Of a stretch of 41,426 bases of DNA, positions 36,466 through 41,426 are shown piece after piece; the first letter of the stretch is position 1, and the number at the start of each line of letters is the position of its first letter. The position numbers and the translations under genes are program-made. The notes under the pieces were generated by a model. The model worked only from the letters and a program-made list of their open reading frames with translations, did not search any database and was not told the DNA's origin. Source of the DNA: a virus (Duplodnaviria; Caudoviricetes); the IMG/VR virus record IMGVR_UViG_3300027533_000050, positions 1 to 41,426 of that record, one strand, 5' to 3'.

Positions 36466-36715
36466 CCTCGTCGTCAGCCCTACGTTCGAGCATCCGACGT
36501 TCGTGCTCGTAGTGGAGGTAGGCGCAGAGCATTGAAGCTGCCTCACGTGAGTGCGGTTCGAGCTTGCTCCGGCGCTCTATACCATCATCGTCTTCCGTAA
36601 TCACATGCCATCGTTGGTTTACTGGGTTCTTCTTGATGAAGCCAGCTTCGTAGTCGTCGACCTTGACCTTGTATCGCTCCTCACCTGGGAGTTCGATGAA
36701 TGAGACTTGGATCAT
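36446..36715 (-). CDS. Hypothetical early protein (89 aa)
   Basis: ATGA coupling. Confidence 0.65.
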   Translation of the reverse strand: MIQVSFIELPGEERYKVKVDDYEAGFIKKNPVNQRWHVITEDDDGIERRSKLEPHSREAASMLCAYLHYEHERRMLERRADDEDDDGDS

Positions 36716-37017
36716 CGCACGACTGACGGCGGCGAGACTATATCACCCGTCAGCTCACCTAGTGCCTCGTCGCGGCGATTACTTTCCAATTGATCTCGCT
36801 GCTGTCGACTAGCGATGAACCACCCATAATCAAGACCTGGGAAGAGTTCGACGCCGATGCAGACGATCGGCATACCCCAAGTAGCACCTTCCCAGTCAGC
36901 CTGGTCGATCGCCTCGACCTGTGCTATGCTTGGGTCGTCGTTGAGCTCTTGCTCACTCTCTTGGAACTCGAGATTGCCATCCTGTTGGTAGCCGATGGTG
37001 AATGAACGGTAAAGCAT
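36712..37017 (-). CDS. Hypothetical early acidic protein (101 aa)
   Basis: AAGGAGG RBS. Confidence 0.7.
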   Translation of the reverse strand: MLYRSFTIGYQQDGNLEFQESEQELNDDPSIAQVEAIDQADWEGATWGMPIVCIGVELFPGLDYGWFIASRQQRDQLESNRRDEALGELTGDIVSPPSVVR

Positions 37018-37026
37018 GATGCCTCC

Positions 37027-37143
37027 TTACTTCTTTCGGGAACCAGGACGTCGGCGTGATCGCTGCTTATCCAAGCTAAGCCTTTCGTATGCCGCACGTC
37101 GAAGAGTGAGGCTCTTCAGCTTAGCCTTCACACGGTTGCTCAA
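37027..37143 (-). CDS. Small basic peptide MSNRVKAKLKSLTLRRAAYERLSLDKQRSRRRPGSRKK (38 aa)
   Basis: TTG start with GAAAGGAGGA RBS; first gene after the leftward promoter. Confidence 0.7.
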   Translation of the reverse strand: MSNRVKAKLKSLTLRRAAYERLSLDKQRSRRRPGSRKK

Positions 37144-37193
37144 CTTATTCCTCCTTTCTCTGTGGGTGGTAGTTTGTGTTCGTGTGTGACACG

Positions 37194-37222
37194 ATTATAC
37201 ACGTTCCGCGCTTCGGCCCCAA
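37194..37222 (-). promoter_or_regulatory. Leftward early promoter TTGGGG-N17-TATAAT
   Basis: Perfect -10 at the strand-switch point, followed by a C/A-rich leader and strong SD. Confidence 0.65.
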
Positions 37223-37313
37223 ATCGTCTACCGTTGAAGTCCAACACGCAGACCGAGTGTGCTATGACTATGGCGCGTTTGACGGGAATACTTGGGGACA
37301 TCATCATATAGGT

Positions 37314-37496
37314 ATGACCAAACCAGACGAGGCTGTTGACTGGCTAAAGAATTTACCTGGCTATCGTGAGCTAATCAAGCAGCGGATTCACGTCGAGCAG
37401 AAAAGGAGGTATTTACGAGAACTAAAAATGACCACCATACCCCGTAACCGGAAAGATGTAGACGAACTAGGAAGGGAGATAGATGGCTGCGGATAA
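37314..37496 (+). CDS. Hypothetical protein (60 aa, MTKPDEAVDW...)
   Basis: ATG 37314 lies 6 nt after TTGACG-N17-CATCAT, a possible leaderless promoter. Confidence 0.55.
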   Translation: MTKPDEAVDWLKNLPGYRELIKQRIHVEQKRRYLRELKMTTIPRNRKDVDELGREIDGCG

Positions 37497-37719
37497 TACG
37501 CCCCGCAAGTACGAACGACCGCCCCGACTATCAAATATATCTCTTAGCCCTAACCCGATAAGAGACCCTAATACGTGGCTACCCATTGGACCTAAATATA
37601 TCTACATGTTCGGGCCTAATGGGTATGAGAAGGACTGGGTGCCGGTTGTAGGTGAAGACAAACGCGATCTCCGTGACCCTGAAGAGGTCGGGAAGGAGTA
37701 CCTTGCTCGACACTCTTGA
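37483..37719 (+). CDS. Hypothetical protein (78 aa)
   Basis: AAGGGAG RBS; overlaps neighbours. Confidence 0.6.
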   Translation: MAADNTPRKYERPPRLSNISLSPNPIRDPNTWLPIGPKYIYMFGPNGYEKDWVPVVGEDKRDLRDPEEVGKEYLARHS

Positions 37720-39751
37720 GTTCCTTGATCTTGTATGGGGAAAGGAGGAGTGTTACGTTGATCTCCCCTCGAAGGCTGGTGGACATTGGATCCCCTGGAT
37801 TGCTGAGTGGCCCACAGATCGAGTACTGGTTAGAAGTCGTATCGCTTCCTGCCTTGAAGACGAGGAGGATATCTATTTCTCAGCCGCCCGCTTCGCTGGT
37901 AAAGGTCGGCGACTGTCTGATGTTCTCCCCACCCGCTGGCTATGGGCTGACCTTGATCGAACTGATCCGGTGTTCTTCGACAGCGACTACCTGCTACCTA
38001 CCATCTCATGGGAAAGTAGTCCGGGTAGGTACCAGTGCATGTGGCTACTCACTCGGGAACTCAAGCCATCGCTCCAGACCAAGCTCAATCAGCGCCTCAA
38101 TTACGCCATCGGTGCTGATCGCGGTGGCTGGGGCCTTACGAAGGTTCTACGACCGCCGGGTACGAAGAACTTCAAGTACGACCCAGTAGCACCCGTTGAA
38201 CTACTGTGGTACAACTCGGAGCTAGTATACCAGCCAACGGAGGTACGAGATGCGGTTATTCGGATTGAGGAAGAGGAAGCGCTCGCAGATGGAAAAGGGC
38301 GTGTGGCCCGACGGCTACGAAGAGTCGAGGCAACGTCGGACCATGCTCGTAGGATACCTGGCCGCGCACGAAGTTTACTTGCGACGCCGGCGGAGATGGT
38401 CCAAGTCGGTGAACGTAGTGACCGGTTATGGGAACTCGAGAAGCTCCTGGCTGAGTCGGGTTTTCCGGAAGAAGAGATCTTCAACCTAGTCTGGCCGTGT
38501 GCGTGGAACAAGCATCGGGAGGTGAATACAGGTGAGGAAAGACTCCGACGAGAAATCGCCAAGGTTGTCTCCTCTACTACCGTTAAGGTGGGACGCGTCA
38601 GATCGGTGGAGAGTACAGCTCCTGAACCCGACTGGGATGAGGATAAAGCTGACGAACCCAGAAAGAAACGACGAGCCCGAATCACTTCGCCATTCGTCGA
38701 CTATGCCACCTTCCTCAGTACCAACATCGAAACGCCGCGATGGCTGATTGAGGATATCTGGTCAGCATCGTCTCATGGTATTGTAGGCGGCGAGCCGAAG
38801 ACCTCAAAGTCTACGATGGTCATGGCAATGGCGCTGTCAGTCGCTACCGGCAAGCCATTCCTCAACAAGTACCCCATCGCCGAACCAGGGCCAGTCCTCA
38901 TGATTCAAGAGGAGAACGCGCCCTGGGTTGTGCAGGATCGGCTGCGAAAGCTCGCCCGATTGTATGGTCTCCTTGGTAAGAAAGATGTAGAGATCTCCGA
39001 AGCCCCTAGGGGGTCGATCGCCGAGCACGTCGTCAGGTTGAACTTTCCCGACGAAGCACCTCTTCGCCTGCTCAATAACTACGGGTTCGACCTGACTGAT
39101 GAGAAAGATCTGCGTCTTCTCGAACGTGAGGTACAGAAGACGGGGGCCGTCATGGTCGTAATCGACCCGCTCTATCTTGCGATGCCTGGAGTCAATCTCA
39201 GTCAGTCGCACGAGGTGGGCCCGTTGCTTCAGTGGCTCATGGCATTGCGCCATAACTACAACTGTGCGGTAGTACTGGTCCACCACTGGGCCAAGGCGAA
39301 CGATAACTCCAAGCTCCGACGGGCCGGGCAACGTCTGCTGGGTACTGGGTTCTTTCATGGCTGGCTCGAATCTGGGCTGTACATGGAGAAACTAGACAGC
39401 GATGATGCCATGCGCGTGAAGGTTGAGCGTGAGTTCCGCAATGTAGCTCCTATGGGAGACCTGGAAATCGCCTGGAAGATGGGCGAGCCAGGTGAGTTGG
39501 ACATGGACGTCGAAGTGTACAGCTGGAATCGTGAGGGTATGGTGGTGTCAGCAATTGAGAGACTGCTACCCGGAACTGATGGTCGCGGTCTAAACGCCAA
39601 GCTAGTCTCGGAGCAAGTAGACCTAGGCATGAATCCTCACTCCAGTGAGACTAAGAAAGAGATCGCGCTCATCGCCCGTGCTGCTGGGTACAAGGTCGTT
39701 AGAAAGAAGTACTCTCGTGGCTACGGCTATATCATCTCGGAGGTATCATGA
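37703..39751 (+). CDS. Primase-helicase (RepB-type AEP primase plus AAA_25/RecA-like helicase)
   Basis: DIYF, LWADLD, ESSPGRYQ, LRPPGT.NFK (primase); GGEPKTSKS, IQEE, VIDPL, LVHH (helicase). Likely TTG start with GGAAGGAG RBS. Confidence 0.9.
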   Translation: MLDTLEFLDLVWGKEECYVDLPSKAGGHWIPWIAEWPTDRVLVRSRIASCLEDEEDIYFSAARFAGKGRRLSDVLPTRWLWADLDRTDPVFFDSDYLLPTISWESSPGRYQCMWLLTRELKPSLQTKLNQRLNYAIGADRGGWGLTKVLRPPGTKNFKYDPVAPVELLWYNSELVYQPTEVRDAVIRIEEEEALADGKGRVARRLRRVEATSDHARRIPGRARSLLATPAEMVQVGERSDRLWELEKLLAESGFPEEEIFNLVWPCAWNKHREVNTGEERLRREIAKVVSSTTVKVGRVRSVESTAPEPDWDEDKADEPRKKRRARITSPFVDYATFLSTNIETPRWLIEDIWSASSHGIVGGEPKTSKSTMVMAMALSVATGKPFLNKYPIAEPGPVLMIQEENAPWVVQDRLRKLARLYGLLGKKDVEISEAPRGSIAEHVVRLNFPDEAPLRLLNNYGFDLTDEKDLRLLEREVQKTGAVMVVIDPLYLAMPGVNLSQSHEVGPLLQWLMALRHNYNCAVVLVHHWAKANDNSKLRRAGQRLLGTGFFHGWLESGLYMEKLDSDDAMRVKVEREFRNVAPMGDLEIAWKMGEPGELDMDVEVYSWNREGMVVSAIERLLPGTDGRGLNAKLVSEQVDLGMNPHSSETKKEIALIARAAGYKVVRKKYSRGYGYIISEVS

Positions 39752-40125
39752 CCACAGGAAGAGAGCCGAAGCGCAAGCGCAAGAGGAAGCGATCGCCTGT
39801 AACTAGGCCCTACGCCAACCAGCGAGTATTGTGGGACACTCGCTGGACTCCTAATTCAGAAGAGCTCCGATCGCTCATCGGAGTCGCAGTCAAAGAGGCT
39901 GGGTCAGTACTAGCACTGTCACGGATAATCAACATGAAGTACCGACATCTGAGGCGAGTCTATCACGGAGAATCGAAAGCCGTCTCCTATCGCATATGTG
40001 ATCAGATCCTCGCCCGCTCCAGTGTAGCCTGGAAGTTACAAGAACTGCCTTGGCTAACGGTCGAAGAGATGGTCGAGGCAGGAGTCTGGCAGCCCCAAAA
40101 GCTCTTCGCTCCGAGCAAGTACTGA
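39748..40125 (+). CDS. HTH DNA-binding protein with polybasic N-terminus
   Basis: AGSVLALSRIINMKYRHLRRVYHGE..VS HTH-like segment; ATGA coupling. Confidence 0.65.
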   Translation: MTTGREPKRKRKRKRSPVTRPYANQRVLWDTRWTPNSEELRSLIGVAVKEAGSVLALSRIINMKYRHLRRVYHGESKAVSYRICDQILARSSVAWKLQELPWLTVEEMVEAGVWQPQKLFAPSKY

Positions 40126-40270
40126 CGGTATGCTGGTCTGTACCACAACCCCCAAATGTCACCAAATCACGCCACCGTCCCAGGCAAACTACAATGAAAG
40201 AGAGGTTTCGGTAATGCCTACAATCCATCCTCAGGTAGGCTCCGCCCCCCGTAACCCACACATGTATACT

Positions 40271-40316
40271 GTCCTCTCGTCATATATACCCTTTAGGGTA
40301 ATATGACAGAGGGGAC
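40271..40316. promoter_or_regulatory. ~20-bp imperfect inverted repeat in the intergenic region
   Basis: GTCCTCTC-GTCATAT-A-TACCC-TTTA-GGGTA-ATATGAC-A-GAGGGGAC. Confidence 0.6.
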
Positions 40317-40350
40317 GACTGTTGTGATGGTTTAGATGAAAGGATGGAAA

Positions 40351-40977
40351 ATGTCAGAGTTGCCAGTCGTAGTCGACGCACGAAACCGATACCTGCAGCG
40401 CTACGGGCCCACGTTCCAAAGCTCATTTCACTGTGGTCAGGTCGCCCTGGGGCTTGAACTCGAAACACGCGCTCGGATCGTTGAGGGCGTCGGGTCAAGC
40501 GCATTCGAAGTATCAGTCGCAACACACATTGCTAGCACACTCAGAGATCTTCTAAGTGTAGTAGGGATTCGCGACGATGTGCTCGATGAGTACGAACGAC
40601 AAGTTAGGGACATTCGCACTTACGGCGCAGATGACGCCGCCGATTCTATCTGGACTCCCGCTTCCGGCGCCGAGCCCGACGTTTCGCAGCCCGATAGCGC
40701 TTCTTCTGACGCGCCTGCGCCGGCTCTTCATAACGATGATCCTCAAACTCCCTCTTCCGTTGAGACTGCTGTGACTCGAGCTCGTCTTCTAGCCGACGCT
40801 GACGCTTCATCGCTAGTGGTGGATAATGAGACTTCTCTCGAGGCACCCTTTTCAGTGCTTGAACTAACCAGTGAAGGAGAGGTACGAGTTTCGCCCGCGG
40901 AACGTATATCTCGTGAACGAAGTACCTTTGACCGGGAGCTACCCTACGGAGATGAAGGTAGGATGGATGAAGAGTGA
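40351..40977 (+). CDS. Hypothetical protein (helical N-half, disordered acidic C-half)
   Basis: GAAAGGA RBS-like sequence before ATG 40351. Long ORF whose C-half overlaps an antisense gene. Confidence 0.5.
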   Translation: MSELPVVVDARNRYLQRYGPTFQSSFHCGQVALGLELETRARIVEGVGSSAFEVSVATHIASTLRDLLSVVGIRDDVLDEYERQVRDIRTYGADDAADSIWTPASGAEPDVSQPDSASSDAPAPALHNDDPQTPSSVETAVTRARLLADADASSLVVDNETSLEAPFSVLELTSEGEVRVSPAERISRERSTFDRELPYGDEGRMDEE

Positions 40978-41029
40978 TTGTGAGTATCTCGCCGCCCGGT
41001 AGTTTCAGGCGCGCACGCTTACTCATCAT
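40646..41029 (-). CDS. Hypothetical basic protein (127 aa)
   Basis: Overlaps the upstream minus gene. Folded-looking N-half and Arg-rich tail. Confidence 0.6.
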   Translation of the reverse strand: MMSKRARLKLPGGEILTITLHPSYLHLRRVAPGQRYFVHEIYVPRAKLVPLLHWLVQALKRVPREKSHYPPLAMKRQRRLEDELESQQSQRKREFEDHRYEEPAQARQKKRYRAAKRRARRRKRESR

Positions 41030-41411
41030 CGCTTTTCACCGGAGGCGTCAGCCGAACCACCTTCTCGCGAGCACGTCGAAGACGATCCGCTTGCTCCTGA
41101 TGTAACAACCCGCCCATGTTCCCCGTTGGTCGTGTGTCCTTCTCGTCTGTGGGAGAGAGCAGGGGCGCAAGACGAGATGCGAGCAAGCGAAGGTCGTCCT
41201 GTACTTCATGGCCGATCCTGCCGTTGCGAGCGTCATCCAAGTCGAGCCAGTCGGCCAGATCGTTTAGGCGTTCCGCCGAGATCGTCTGCGCTACGTCGAT
41301 CAACGCCCGCAGATCGTTGCGCCGAACACGCACCTCTCCGTCAGTAAAGAACGTCTCAGCCTCCCGCTCGGCCGCGTCCAGTCGATCGAGAGGTGTGGAA
41401 TCGGGAGTCAT
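41019..41411 (-). CDS. Hypothetical protein (130 aa)
   Basis: Helical ORF with ATGA start context at the window end. Confidence 0.6.
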   Translation of the reverse strand: MTPDSTPLDRLDAAEREAETFFTDGEVRVRRNDLRALIDVAQTISAERLNDLADWLDLDDARNGRIGHEVQDDLRLLASRLAPLLSPTDEKDTRPTGNMGGLLHQEQADRLRRAREKVVRLTPPVKSDDE

Positions 41412-41426
41412 CGTCGGCTCGCGGGC

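Noticed and set aside
37176-37313. N-terminal extension of ORF 37176-37496
   Set aside because: It overlaps the divergent promoter region; ATG 37314 is the more plausible start.
40126-40335. Possible tRNA or ncRNA in the intergenic gap
   Set aside because: No cloverleaf or T-loop consensus found; only one hairpin.
40351-40977. Terminase small subunit call
   Set aside because: No TerS is adjacent to terL and this ORF is a positional candidate only; it has no supporting motif.
1-41426. Stop-codon reassignment
   Set aside because: Genes are intact and densely packed under the standard code, and TAA, TAG and TGA all end genes.

Overview
The window is most of the genome of a tailed dsDNA bacteriophage. 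It starts inside a virion gene and ends inside a leftward gene block, so it is not the whole genome. The + strand (1-22989) carries morphogenesis genes: fibre-like genes, TerL, portal, scaffold, decoration protein, major capsid, adaptor, nozzle, a short fibre, three ejection-type proteins, a muralytic enzyme and holin-like genes. No tape measure, tail tube or sheath is visible, so the virion is podovirus-like. The - strand (23092-37143) carries small early genes, an SF2 helicase, a nucleotide-metabolism cassette (DUF6378-like, MazG-like, two thymidylate-synthase-fold genes, dCMP deaminase), a UDG-fused family A polymerase, HTH, exonuclease, Sak4-like ATPase, SSB, VRR-NUC and three more cell-wall hydrolases. 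A divergent + strand block holds a primase-helicase and an HTH gene. No integrase, repressor, tRNA or CRISPR was seen. TANNNT leaderless-type promoters and the lack of spanins suggest a Gram-positive host, possibly Actinomycetota (inference). The best candidate for a novel system is the tandem pair of cytosine-type TS-fold genes coupled to dCMP deaminase and a UDG-PolA with non-canonical motifs, which could be a pyrimidine-modification or alternative thymidylate pathway. Other leads are a duplicated scaffold motif, a shared leader on scaffold and capsid, polybasic tags with a poly-acidic SSB tail, and an 18-repeat His-Arg fibre. All family calls come from motif recognition only; no database search was run.
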